The notes: generated by a model not told the origin, from the sequence alone. A stretch of DNA of 64,000 nucleotides from Acidobacteriota bacterium (GCA_965231825.1 OZ246889.1:4697859-4761858), one strand, 5' to 3'; positions 33,311 to 42,867 are shown, counted from the stretch's first letter. Translations and numbers: made by a program.

Positions 33311-34009
33311 ATGTACGAATTGCTCACCTTGAGATTCGGACTCCGGAAGACAATCGGCAGATTCCTGGCGACGAACATGAGCTTTCGGATTGGAGACCGC
33401 TGTGTGGTCTCCACCGAGCGGGGCGTGGAACTGGGGATGGTTCTCGACAGCCACCAACTCGACACCGACGGGACGAAGGAAACGACCCTGGGCAAGGCTC
33501 TGAGACGGGCGACGGAACGGGATCTGTATCTGTACGAGAAAAAGAAGGACTGGGAGAATACGGCGTACCGTCTTTGCCGCAAACAGATCAAGGCATACAA
33601 GCTTCCCATGAAGCTGTCCGAAGTCGAGTACATCTTCGACGGAAGCCGCGCCATCATCTACTTCACCGCTAATCGCCGAGTCGACTTTCGACGCCTGGTC
33701 AAACAGTTGGCGCGCCGCCTGAGGACCAGAATCGAAATGCGCCAGGTGGGGGCTCGTGACGAGGCCAAACTTATTGGCGGATTGGGTTGCTGTGGTCTGG
33801 GGCAGAACTGCTCGGCTCTTTTCCTGAAGGAACTGAAGTCGGTGAGCGTACGGACGGTCAAGCGTCAGGACTTGAGAATGAGCATGAATCGGCTCTCCGG
33901 GATGTGCGGCCGACTCAAATGCTGTCTGAACTACGAGGTCGACACCACTCGCCGAAAATGCACTCAACGCAAGCGCAGGCGACGGGGCAAACGGCCGAGA
34001 ACGAACTGA
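33311..34009 (+). CDS. PSP1 C-terminal domain protein (YaaT/RicT-like)
   Basis: Follows holB as in the tmk-holB-yaaT arrangement. PSP1-like core with a Cys-rich C-terminus (CCGLGQNC...CGRLKCC). Confidence 0.65.
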   Translation: MYELLTLRFGLRKTIGRFLATNMSFRIGDRCVVSTERGVELGMVLDSHQLDTDGTKETTLGKALRRATERDLYLYEKKKDWENTAYRLCRKQIKAYKLPMKLSEVEYIFDGSRAIIYFTANRRVDFRRLVKQLARRLRTRIEMRQVGARDEAKLIGGLGCCGLGQNCSALFLKELKSVSVRTVKRQDLRMSMNRLSGMCGRLKCCLNYEVDTTRRKCTQRKRRRRGKRPRTN

Positions 34010-34151
34010 CCGTTGGCTATCTCACTTTCGCCGGCGCCTCTCCTGCCCCATTGTGACCTGGGGAGTTTGGGGCTTGACCACCCCGCTCCCATTTTGACGG
34101 CTGGGGGCAGCGTTCCGGATTCGCCGCCCGGTGGAGATGCGTCCCTCTTCT

Positions 34152-34574
34152 TCAGTCGGGCCCGCCGCCCAGCTTCTTTTCCAGGAGCTTCGCCCGGCGC
34201 TCGAATTCGGGAGCCTTTTTGGAGTCGGGCACGGCTTCGAGGAAATCTCGGCAAGTCTCGAGCGCCGGGCCGTATTGGGCCGTGGTCTCCAGGGTCTTGA
34301 CCAGTTTCTCATACCCTTCGTGCCAGTCGGGTCCGTAGAGAATCGCTTCCCGATACCGGATTTCGGCCGCCTTGTAATTCTCCCGCTTGAAGTAGAAGTT
34401 TCCGATTTCGACAGCTTTGCGGGCTTTATCCGGATCGGGCTCCGGCGGGACCTCCTCCTGCTCCTGCGCGGAAGCGTCGTCGGCTCGAATCAGGACTGGC
34501 TTGCGCCCCGATCTCCGATCCTGGAAGGGGAGTGTCAGGACAAGAAGCAAAAGGGGGTAGGAAAGGAACCTCAT
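34152..34574 (-). CDS. small secreted TPR-like protein
   Basis: Signal peptide MRFLSYPLLLLVLTLPF and a TPR-like helix pair (EIGNFYFKRENYKAAEIRYREAI). Confidence 0.5.
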   Translation of the reverse strand: MRFLSYPLLLLVLTLPFQDRRSGRKPVLIRADDASAQEQEEVPPEPDPDKARKAVEIGNFYFKRENYKAAEIRYREAILYGPDWHEGYEKLVKTLETTAQYGPALETCRDFLEAVPDSKKAPEFERRAKLLEKKLGGGPD

Positions 34575-34735
34575 ACTGCCGACACCCAGTCTATTTGCGG
34601 CGTTGCCGCTTGTCAAAAACAGGTCTTTGTGCTAGGCTAGCTGAGAACACGGTTTTTGGAGATTCTACTCTCCCCTTAATTCTTTTCTTTTCAACCTCAA
34701 TACGAGAGTAAGACTCAGCTTAGGATGAGGTCACC

Positions 34736-35068
34736 ATGGTTAACCGAAAACTGATACGGCCCTCACTTTCGGGACTGCGGGATCAGAGTTCCGCCAAGCA
34801 CGCTGATGGTCCGAAGCGGCGAGTTCCCCCCGAACAGACCAACGCGGAGCAGTACTACTATCTGAAGCAGATGACGGGGAAGACCCCCATGGTGGTGCGA
34901 CTCATCGACGGTGAGGAGATTCGGGGAGTCATCGAATGGTACGATAGAAACTGCATCAAGGTGAACCGGGAAACCGAGCCGAATCTCCTGATCCCGAAAA
35001 ACGTGATCAAATATATCTTCAAGCAGTATGAAGACAAACCGGGGCTGGGACCCAGACGCCGCGTCTGA
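34736..35068 (+). CDS. Sm-like/Hfq-family RNA-binding protein with N-terminal extension
   Basis: The core KTPMVVRLIDGEEIRGVIEWYDRNCIKVNRETEPNLLIPKNVIKYIF resembles the Hfq Sm1/Sm2 segment. A putative sigma70-like promoter (ttgtca-N17-taggct) is at ~34607-34635. Confidence 0.5.
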   Translation: MVNRKLIRPSLSGLRDQSSAKHADGPKRRVPPEQTNAEQYYYLKQMTGKTPMVVRLIDGEEIRGVIEWYDRNCIKVNRETEPNLLIPKNVIKYIFKQYEDKPGLGPRRRV

Positions 35069-35069
35069 G

Positions 35070-35714
35070 TCAAGAGTCCTCCAGTCCCAGATTATACGCC
35101 CGCCCCAGGGCCCGCAGGTTCAGACTCACCAGATCTTCCGTCCTGAATTCCAGACCCGCCTGCAACGCCCGGTCGAACTCGGCGGCGTCCACAGACCTGT
35201 AGGCCGGCAGGAGATAGCCCTGCGCCAGCAAAAACCAGTGGGCGAGCAATGAGACCGCAACCTCCGTTCCTTCCCGGAACGGATAGATCTCGTGGAGTCG
35301 GATCTGGGTCACCGTGACCTGCTGCACCACATGCATCTCGGCAAAGCCCGGACTGCGGCTCCACTCGAAGTACCGGTCCAGGGCCGGTCCCACCGCCCCC
35401 GGTTCGAGCGGCGCATGAGCAGGACTCAGGGGCTCGGCGGGAACCAGGCGCAGTCCAGCCTTCGTCCCGGGAATGACGGCGTCTCGCAGGGCAATCAGGC
35501 CCTCGCGGTCGGGACGCCTCCCGCCGCACGCCAACTGCAACAGAAATCGAAATCCGCCCGCGACGACGGACTCCGCCAATCCGCCCCGAAACCCCTCGAA
35601 CTGCGCCAATCCGGGTAGTATCCGCCGCCGGAGAAATTCGTTGGAGTCGTGATTTCCGGCTTCGAAGAGCTGCTTCTTGCGTGCCAGGGCCGCGAACCGG
35701 AGGGCGGTCCTCAC
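35070..35714 (-). CDS. Fic/Doc-like domain protein with non-canonical motif; start uncertain (GTG at 35714 assumed)
   Basis: RLHEIYPFREGTEVAVSLLAHWFLL occupies the position of the Fic motif HPFx[DE]GNGRxxR. H-PF-xEG is kept and NGR is replaced by TEV. An ATG start at 35870 would overlap pepA. Confidence 0.4.
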   Translation of the reverse strand: MRTALRFAALARKKQLFEAGNHDSNEFLRRRILPGLAQFEGFRGGLAESVVAGGFRFLLQLACGGRRPDREGLIALRDAVIPGTKAGLRLVPAEPLSPAHAPLEPGAVGPALDRYFEWSRSPGFAEMHVVQQVTVTQIRLHEIYPFREGTEVAVSLLAHWFLLAQGYLLPAYRSVDAAEFDRALQAGLEFRTEDLVSLNLRALGRAYNLGLEDS

Positions 35715-35772
35715 CGGCGTCCCCGGACTCCGGCAGATGCTGCGAGATCGCGAAACACCAATACCTGACGAT

Positions 35773-37260
35773 TCATGAATCCGGATAAAGCGACGCCAGC
35801 TCAACCATGGTTCGCACACCGAAGCCGGTGGGCCCCTTGTTGGCGCCTCCCTCCTGAAACATGTCCACACCGGCCATGTCGATGTGACACCACGGCGTAT
35901 CGCCGACGAATTCCTGGAGAAACTTGGCCGCCGTGACGGCGCCTGCCGCCCGCTTGCCCACGTTTTTCATGTCGGCGATATGGCTGTCCAGAAGAATCCG
36001 GTATTCGTCGTCCAAGGGAAGCCGCCAGAACTTTTCGCCGGCCCTTTCCGAGGCCTTGAAGAAACTCTCCGCCAGCCGGTCATCATTGGAGAAGAGCCCG
36101 GCCCGGACATGTCCCAACGCGACCACGCAGGCGCCCGTGAGCGTGGCGATGTCCACCATGCAGGCCGGATTCAAACGTCGGGCAAAGTGCATGGCATCGG
36201 CCAGAATCAACCGGCCCTCCGCGTCCGTGTTGAGGACCTCGATGGTCTTGCCCGACATGGAGCGAACCACGTCGCCGGGACGCTGAGCCCGGCCGCTGGG
36301 CATGTTTTCGACTGCCGGAAGAATGCCCACCACATTCTTGCGCAACCGCAGTTGGGAAACGGCCTTCATGGCGGCCAGAACGGCGCAGGCTCCGGCCTTG
36401 TCCGCTTTCATCTCCTCCATGCCCTGGGAGGTCTTCAGGGAGAGCCCCCCACTGTCGAACGTCACCCCCTTGCCGATCAGCACCACCGGCGGGGCGCTGT
36501 CATCCCCGGCTCCGAAGTGCTTCAAGACAATCATCCTGGCCGGCTCGTCACTCCCCCGCGCCACGGCCAAAAGGGCCCCCATGCCCTCGTCCTCCATGGC
36601 CGGCTCATCCAGGATCTCGATCTGGAGGCCCGACTTCTCCGCAATGGAACGGGCCTCTTCGGCCAGCCTTGAGGGATTGACCCTGTTCCCGGGCTGATTG
36701 ACCAGGGACCGGGCCAGATTGGTGGCCTCCCCCAGAATCTGCCCGCGATTCAAGGCCTCCTGCAACTCGACCGCTCGCGCCGGGTCTGCCGAGCAAAACA
36801 GCGCCTGGCCCATTTCGGTCCGGCTCCGATCCCGGGTCTTGTATTCGTCCGGTTCATGGCACCCGATGACCAAGCCCTCGGCACACGCCTGGATCGAGAG
36901 GGCGGAATCCAATGCATCCCAACCTTCGACGGCGATGCTTGCGACGTCGGAGCCTCGAAAATGTCGCACCACCTGAACCATTCGATCGCGAAGACGGACG
37001 CCGTCGCAATCGCCGCGGCGTCCCGCGCCCAGTAGGACCAGACGCCGGGCCGTGATGTCCGCGGGCCTGTGGATCACCAGGATGTCTCCATTGCCCCCCG
37101 TCCATTCTCCGCTGGCGGTCAACTCCTCCAGCAGGCCGTCCAGGCGTTCGTCCGCCGACCGCTTCAACTGGCCGGACTCCTCCTGATTGAGAATCAGCAC
37201 TGCGGCATCGCAGTCCAGGCGATGCCAATTCGAATCGACCACACCAAGTTCCATGCTCAT
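35773..37260 (-). CDS. pepA: leucyl aminopeptidase (M17 family)
   Basis: The NTDAEGRL signature and M17 metal-binding context. The start is chosen at ATG 37260 (MSMELGVV), which has a GGAG 11 nt upstream, rather than the R/P-rich extended ORF start. Confidence 0.85.
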   Translation of the reverse strand: MSMELGVVDSNWHRLDCDAAVLILNQEESGQLKRSADERLDGLLEELTASGEWTGGNGDILVIHRPADITARRLVLLGAGRRGDCDGVRLRDRMVQVVRHFRGSDVASIAVEGWDALDSALSIQACAEGLVIGCHEPDEYKTRDRSRTEMGQALFCSADPARAVELQEALNRGQILGEATNLARSLVNQPGNRVNPSRLAEEARSIAEKSGLQIEILDEPAMEDEGMGALLAVARGSDEPARMIVLKHFGAGDDSAPPVVLIGKGVTFDSGGLSLKTSQGMEEMKADKAGACAVLAAMKAVSQLRLRKNVVGILPAVENMPSGRAQRPGDVVRSMSGKTIEVLNTDAEGRLILADAMHFARRLNPACMVDIATLTGACVVALGHVRAGLFSNDDRLAESFFKASERAGEKFWRLPLDDEYRILLDSHIADMKNVGKRAAGAVTAAKFLQEFVGDTPWCHIDMAGVDMFQEGGANKGPTGFGVRTMVELASLYPDS

Positions 37261-37718
37261 CGACGTTTCAACTCCTGTGCAATGTCCCGGTCCACGGCGC
37301 GGCGCCGGGCCGCCTCCCTCTTGTCGTAGAGGCGTTTTCCCCGAGCGACTCCCAGCTCGACCTTGGCCCGCCCCCGCTCGAAATAGAGAGCCAGAGGGAC
37401 CAGGGTCAACCCCTTGTGGGCCACGGCACCCGTCAACCGGCTGATCTCTCTGCGGTGCAGCAACAGCTTCCGGGGTCTCAACGGTTCGTGGTTGGCCAAA
37501 TTGCCATGACGGTAGGGTCCGATGTGGCAATTTTCCAACCACACCTCGCCATTCCTGACCCTGGCGTAGCTGTCGGCAAGGCTGACCTGACGGTCGCGGA
37601 TCGCCTTGACCTCGGTCCCCAGCAAAACCAGTCCGGCCTGGTACCTCTCCCGGATCTCATAGTTGTGGAAGGCCTTCTTGTTTCTGGCCACCGCACTGTT
37701 CGTCACCGATTCCTCCAA
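37257..37718 (-). CDS. smpB: SsrA-binding protein SmpB
   Basis: KKAFHNYEI...GTEVKAIR...VWLENCHIGPY. 153 aa. Confidence 0.85.
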   Translation of the reverse strand: MEESVTNSAVARNKKAFHNYEIRERYQAGLVLLGTEVKAIRDRQVSLADSYARVRNGEVWLENCHIGPYRHGNLANHEPLRPRKLLLHRREISRLTGAVAHKGLTLVPLALYFERGRAKVELGVARGKRLYDKREAARRRAVDRDIAQELKRR

Positions 37719-37728
37719 TAGCGCGAAA

Positions 37729-38754
37729 CTAAAGTTCGGACAGCGTCCGGTCCCGATCTCCGTAGACCTTGCGGTAATAGAGCCGGTAGTCTCCGCTGCG
37801 AACCCCGTTCACCCATCGGGGATGATCCCGGTACCACCGCACCGTCTCGTCCAAACCAATGTCGAAGGGAATCCGGGGAGACCATCCCAACTCCTGCCGC
37901 AGGCGGCTGTTGTCGACGGCGTATCTCCGATCGTGGGCCGGCCGGTCGGCCACGAAGGAGATCAGGTCTTCAGTCTTTCCCAGGATACCAAGGATACGGC
38001 GCGCCACTTCCAGATTGGTGCGTTCTCCCTCAGCTCCGATATTGTAGACAGCCCCGTCCCGGCCCTCGAGCAATATCGCCTCCAGGGCCCGGCAATGGTC
38101 CAGGACATGAATCCAGTCCCGGGTATACAGACCGTCTCCGTACAAGGGGAGGGGTTCATCGTCCAGCGCGTTGGAAGCCATCAGGGGAATCAGTTTCTCC
38201 GGAAACTGATAGGGACCGTAATTGTTCCCGCAACGCGTCGTAACGACGCCAAGACCATAGGTGCGATGGTACGCCCTGGCCAAGAGGTCGGCAGCCGCCT
38301 TGCTGGCGGCGTAGGGGCTGTTGGGGGCCAGCAGAGAATCCTCCGTGAACTTTCCGCCGCCTGGTAGCGACCCGTAAACCTCATCGGTGGAAACGTGGAT
38401 GAAGCGAGGAATCCCCTCGCGCCGGGCCGCCTCCAACAGATTCTGGGTTCCCAGAACGTTGGTCCGGACAAATGCGGAAGCATCCAGAATGCTCCGGTCT
38501 ACATGACTTTCGGCGGCAAAGTGGACAACGGCGTCGATTCCGGGATCCAGGACCCCGGCCACCTGTTCCCTGGAGGCAACGTCGCCCCGGATGAAGCGGT
38601 AGTTGCCGCCGGCCTCCAGGCCGGCCAGGTTCTGCAGATTCCCGGCGTAGGTGAGGAGATCGAAGTTGACCACCTGAAAGCCGCCGCGACTCAGAATGTG
38701 GCGGATGAAATTCGAGCCGATGAAGCCTGCGCCACCGGTGACCAACAATTTCAT
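37729..38754 (-). CDS. rfbB: dTDP-glucose 4,6-dehydratase
   Basis: MKLLVTGGAGFIGSNF Rossmann motif and YxxxK SDR context. 341 aa. Confidence 0.88.
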   Translation of the reverse strand: MKLLVTGGAGFIGSNFIRHILSRGGFQVVNFDLLTYAGNLQNLAGLEAGGNYRFIRGDVASREQVAGVLDPGIDAVVHFAAESHVDRSILDASAFVRTNVLGTQNLLEAARREGIPRFIHVSTDEVYGSLPGGGKFTEDSLLAPNSPYAASKAAADLLARAYHRTYGLGVVTTRCGNNYGPYQFPEKLIPLMASNALDDEPLPLYGDGLYTRDWIHVLDHCRALEAILLEGRDGAVYNIGAEGERTNLEVARRILGILGKTEDLISFVADRPAHDRRYAVDNSRLRQELGWSPRIPFDIGLDETVRWYRDHPRWVNGVRSGDYRLYYRKVYGDRDRTLSEL

Positions 38755-38852
38755 CTGAAGTCACCCTAGGGCGCCGGATCCCGATTGCGATTCCGGGCTC
38801 GCTGCCGGCCCGCATTGATCAGCGGATCACACGGAGGCTTCTGCACGGAATG

Positions 38853-39611
38853 TCAAGGATTGGCGAGCATCCCGACTTCGAGGTGCGCGAGGTCTCCAGC
38901 ACCCTCCGCCACCAGATTCGCGGCCCGCATCAGAGACTCGATGGTTCCCGCGTCCGTCCACCAGCCATCGATGACATTGTACGTCAACTCATTCGACTCG
39001 ATGTACCGGTTGTTGACGTCCGTGATCTCCAGCTCCCCCCTGGCGGAAGGAGAGAGGGTATCGATGATGTCGAAGACCCGGCTGTCGTACATGTACACTC
39101 CCGTAACGGCATACGGAGAACTGGGCCTGGACGGCTTCTCGGTGATGCGTACGACTCGGTCGCCGGTCAACTCCGGCACACCGAAACGTTGGGGGTCGGG
39201 CACTTTCTTCAAGAGGATCTTGGCGCCCTGCCCCTGGCGGAGAAAGCTCCGAACGAACGGCGCGATGGATTCTTCAAGAATGTTGTCGCCCAGCACGACA
39301 CAGATCAGGTCGTCTCCGGCGAAATGCCGAGCCAGAGAAAGAGCGTCCGCGATTCCCCCCTCTCCCTCCTGATAACCGAAGTGGATCTGCCTGAGGCCGA
39401 ACTCCTGGCCGCTGCCCAGGAGGCGGAGAAAGTCACCCGCGTTGTTGCCCCCCGTCACCAGCATGATCTCGTCGATGCCGGCTTCGACCAACATTTCCAA
39501 CGGATAATAGATCATGGGCTTGTTGTAGACCGGCAACAGGTGCTTGTTGGTCACTTTGGTGAGGGGCCACAATCTGGTGCCGAGCCCGCCTGCGAGAATG
39601 ACTCCCTTCAT
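38853..39611 (-). CDS. rmlA: glucose-1-phosphate thymidylyltransferase (short RmlA-type)
   Basis: MKGVILAGGLGTRLWPLTKVTNKHLLPVYNKPMIYYPL closely matches the RmlA N-terminus. Confidence 0.8.
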   Translation of the reverse strand: MKGVILAGGLGTRLWPLTKVTNKHLLPVYNKPMIYYPLEMLVEAGIDEIMLVTGGNNAGDFLRLLGSGQEFGLRQIHFGYQEGEGGIADALSLARHFAGDDLICVVLGDNILEESIAPFVRSFLRQGQGAKILLKKVPDPQRFGVPELTGDRVVRITEKPSRPSSPYAVTGVYMYDSRVFDIIDTLSPSARGELEITDVNNRYIESNELTYNVIDGWWTDAGTIESLMRAANLVAEGAGDLAHLEVGMLANP

Positions 39612-39667
39612 GGTCTTCCAAATCCCGGCTCATCTTAACAGTCCGTGGCCAAAGTCGTCACGGACGG

Positions 39668-40786
39668 TCAGCTCAGGCGTTTCGGCCGCCGCATTTTCGC
39701 CAGTTTCAGATAGAGCTGTTCGGTTTCGTCCAGCTTGCGGTCCAGAGTGAAATTCTCGGCGACCCGCTTGCGCCCGGCTTCCCTCATTCGGCGTCTCAAT
39801 GAGGAGGAAGAGAGCACCTTGGCCAGCGCTTCGGACAACTTGTCCGGCCTTCCGGCGGGGACCAACAGACCCGTACTCCCATCCAACACCAACTCCGGAA
39901 TCCCGCCGACACGCGTGGCCACAACGGGTAGCGGCCGCGCCATTGCAGCGAGAATGGCGGAACTGAGCCCCTCCGACAGCGAGGCCAGACAGAAGACGTC
40001 GAATTCCCGCATCATGGCGTCGCTGTCTTTCCGAAATCCGGTGAACAGGACTCGATCCGCCACCTTCAGGGCGCGAGCCCGCTCCTCCAGCATCTGCCTG
40101 CGCTCCCCGCCTCCGACAAAGACATAGGTCACGTCGGGAAACCTCTCCCGCAACCGGGCCGCGGCCTTCAGCACCGTCACGTGCCCCTTCTCAGGGCTCA
40201 GATGGGCGACGACACCCACGACAAGTCCCGGTCGCACCGGTAGAACCGACGTGAAAGGGTCCCCGTCGACGGACCGCAGGTCCACCCCTTCATAGATCAC
40301 CGAGACCCGCTCCGGCCGCACGCCGTCCTGAACCAGCGTCCTCTGGATACTTTCGGAGACGGTGACGACCCGGTCGAGGAGCCGGTTGTACTTGACGCGG
40401 CTCAACCTGGAGCGCAACGGGAAATTGACTCGCCGGGAAGCGACCAGAATGGGAACTCCGCAGATCCAAGCCGCCATTTTGCCTGCCAGGATCGGGCGGG
40501 GCGTATTGTAGTGGAGTACGTCCACTCTCCCGGGCCCCATAATTCGTGCCAGGCCCCATACCGCCGGAACACTCAGTTCACACCGCTGGGAGAAGCTATG
40601 GGTGGAGATTCCCACAGCTCGAGATCTGTGTGCCAGCGGGCTCCCGGCCGGCGCCGCCAATTCCACGCCGTAGCCCCGTTTTCGGATTCCCACCATCAGA
40701 CTGAAGAGCTGCTCCTGGCCTCCCCGCCAGACGCTCTCCGTATCCACATAGAGGATCCGCAAGGGACGCTTCATGCTATCGATCAC
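39668..40786 (-). CDS. glycosyltransferase family 4 (GT-B, group 1)
   Basis: C-terminal EGLSSAILAAMARPLPVVATRVGGIPELV E-x7-E-like motif. Confidence 0.8.
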   Translation of the reverse strand: MIDSMKRPLRILYVDTESVWRGGQEQLFSLMVGIRKRGYGVELAAPAGSPLAHRSRAVGISTHSFSQRCELSVPAVWGLARIMGPGRVDVLHYNTPRPILAGKMAAWICGVPILVASRRVNFPLRSRLSRVKYNRLLDRVVTVSESIQRTLVQDGVRPERVSVIYEGVDLRSVDGDPFTSVLPVRPGLVVGVVAHLSPEKGHVTVLKAAARLRERFPDVTYVFVGGGERRQMLEERARALKVADRVLFTGFRKDSDAMMREFDVFCLASLSEGLSSAILAAMARPLPVVATRVGGIPELVLDGSTGLLVPAGRPDKLSEALAKVLSSSSLRRRMREAGRKRVAENFTLDRKLDETEQLYLKLAKMRRPKRLS

Positions 40787-40813
40787 CGGCCCGTTTCGGA
40801 TCTGCGGAGGCTA

Positions 40814-40973
40814 GGAGCCTGCGCCGCAGAAATGATCGTAGCGAGAAAGTGGGGAATCGAGGCCAGATTTTCTCGATTTTGAGGTGCATAGTCGTTCTAT
40901 TCGCCGAGAAATCGAGGAAATATGGACCGATTCACCGCTTTCGCAGTAGATTGATTTCTGCGGCGCAGGCTCC
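40814..40973. mobile_element. MITE-like 160-bp element, copy B, with perfect 20-bp TIRs and TA flanks
   Basis: ggagcctgcgccgcagaaat...atttctgcggcgcaggctcc, with TA on both sides (40812-13 and 40974-75). Intergenic between the GT4 and GT2 genes. Confidence 0.75.
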
Positions 40974-41714
40974 TAGCTCCCACAGCTTGAGATATTTGAA
41001 GAATGTGGACACGGCAGAGAGGGCCGAAACGGCCAGCCCGGGAACGCCGTCCTGAAAACCCCGGTGAAGGACGTAATTGCGCAGGAATACCAGCGGGGGA
41101 TAAATCAACAGTTTCACCGGTCCGGCTCGGGCGCCCGAATCGAAATAGTCGGCCGCCGCCAGGTTGGTGAACCGCTCCAACTGCTGCAGATACTCACTCA
41201 GGGAAGCGTAAGTGTAATGGTGCAGATCCCCCGGGAGACGGCCGGTGGACCCGTTGACTCGGAAGGACTCGTGGACTCGCCCCCCCTCCCACCGTCCCGC
41301 GGACCGGAGAAAGAGCCTCATCTGCCAATCGGGATACCAGGTCGTGTGCTCGATCCATCTCCCCAGAAAGAAGGTCTTGCGGCACAGGTAGTATCCGTCG
41401 ATTCCTTCATCCTTCCCCGATTTCCAGCGGCGCACCTCCGCCTGCAGCTCCGGACTCAGAACTTCGTCCGCGTCCAGGCTCAGGACCCAGTCGAAGGAGG
41501 CTTGATCCGTCGCAAACTGCTTCTGGTCGCGGTAGCCGGACCACCTGCGTTGGAGAAATCGATCCGTATAACGACGGCAGATGGCTTCGGTCCCGTCTGA
41601 GCTGAAGGAGTCCACGACCACGATCTCGTCGCTCACGGCGTGGAGGCTGCTCAGGGCAGCATCGATCTTTTCCTCCTCGTTGTAGCAGATGACGACGCCG
41701 GAGAGCTTTCTCAA
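40932..41714 (-). CDS. glycosyltransferase family 2
   Basis: GVVICYNEEEKI...VVVDSFSSDGT GT-A DxD context. The 3' end overlaps MITE copy B by ~40 bp, so the C-terminus and stop may be MITE-derived. Confidence 0.75.
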   Translation of the reverse strand: MRKLSGVVICYNEEEKIDAALSSLHAVSDEIVVVDSFSSDGTEAICRRYTDRFLQRRWSGYRDQKQFATDQASFDWVLSLDADEVLSPELQAEVRRWKSGKDEGIDGYYLCRKTFFLGRWIEHTTWYPDWQMRLFLRSAGRWEGGRVHESFRVNGSTGRLPGDLHHYTYASLSEYLQQLERFTNLAAADYFDSGARAGPVKLLIYPPLVFLRNYVLHRGFQDGVPGLAVSALSAVSTFFKYLKLWELGACAAEINLLRKR

Positions 41715-41765
41715 GTGACTCGCCCCAACCAGATCACTAACGCCGCTGACATGGAGTTCAGATCC

Positions 41766-42860
41766 TCAGATCATACAACCGAACCGGCCGGAACGAGAGG
41801 AGTCGGCCTCGACGGCGGGAGCTTTTTCCAGACCCGGATGCTCTGCTCGGACCTGGCCGCTGCTCCGGTACACTCGAATCGGGGCGGTCCGATAGAAGGA
41901 GCTCAGTATTCTGGAGATCTCCGTATCGGAGCGCCGCGCCCGGTCCCGCTCCCGTCGCCGCATCCGCCTCACTTTGGATATCCGGGAGAGAGCCCCCGCG
42001 AAGGAACGGTAGAAGGTTCCGTCGAGCACCATGAACCGCGTCAGGAGCAGGCCTGCGAGTCCCACCAGGTGGCGAATCCAGTAGCCGGTGGAGTGGAGGT
42101 TGATCCAGTGGAAGAGGAGCCGATTGCGCACCGCTACGGTCTCGACCTTTCGAGCCCGGAAGCGGCTTCCGATGGTGGCGCTGATCCGGTGGTAGGCGAC
42201 GCTGTTGGGTTCGTAGTGAATCTTCCACCCACGCTTCCACCCGCGGTAGGAAAGGTCGATGTCCTCCCAATGGAAGGGGGCGAGGAGGGTGTTGAAACCT
42301 CCCAACTCCCGGAGTTTCCGGCGGTCGTAGGTGGCGAAACCGCCGACCGCGTAGGCCGATAGCCACCGGCGGTTCTGGATTTCGGCTCCGGCGCTGTTCG
42401 GGTCCACGTCATAATTCAGATAGACACTCCAGAACCCTCGCCGGAAATGGCCGAACCGCCCTCCCGCCGTGAACTCATCTCCGTCCCAGGAAAAGACCCG
42501 AGCCGTGACCGCCAGCACATCCGGGTCCTGAAAATGCGGGGCCTGGTACAACAGGTAATCGGGCTCCACTTTCACATCGTTGTTCAAGAGAGCCACCAGC
42601 GGAAAACCAGCGTGCTCGAATCCGAGATTGCAGGTCGGCGCGAATCCTCGATTCGAGGGGGACTCGATCAGCCGGACCCGGGGAAACTCGGCCGCCAGGA
42701 CTTCCCGGGTGTCGTCTTCACTGCCGTCATCAACGACCAGGATCTCGGTCCGGCAATGGCTCTCGCGACGGTAGAATTCGGCCGCCTCGCACACTGAGGG
42801 CAGAGTCTCCCGCAACAGGGCGATTCCGTTCCAGGTGGGAATGACGATGCTCACGTCCAT
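41766..42860 (-). CDS. glycosyltransferase family 2
   Basis: VSIVIPTWNG...ILVVDDGSEDDT...NRGFA. Confidence 0.8.
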   Translation of the reverse strand: MDVSIVIPTWNGIALLRETLPSVCEAAEFYRRESHCRTEILVVDDGSEDDTREVLAAEFPRVRLIESPSNRGFAPTCNLGFEHAGFPLVALLNNDVKVEPDYLLYQAPHFQDPDVLAVTARVFSWDGDEFTAGGRFGHFRRGFWSVYLNYDVDPNSAGAEIQNRRWLSAYAVGGFATYDRRKLRELGGFNTLLAPFHWEDIDLSYRGWKRGWKIHYEPNSVAYHRISATIGSRFRARKVETVAVRNRLLFHWINLHSTGYWIRHLVGLAGLLLTRFMVLDGTFYRSFAGALSRISKVRRMRRRERDRARRSDTEISRILSSFYRTAPIRVYRSSGQVRAEHPGLEKAPAVEADSSRSGRFGCMI

Positions 42861-42867
42861 GGGCTGG

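Noticed and set aside
35884-36672. 262-aa plus-strand ORF and other ORFs opposite pepA
   Set aside because: Antisense to the M17 aminopeptidase gene, which has the NTDAEGRL signature.
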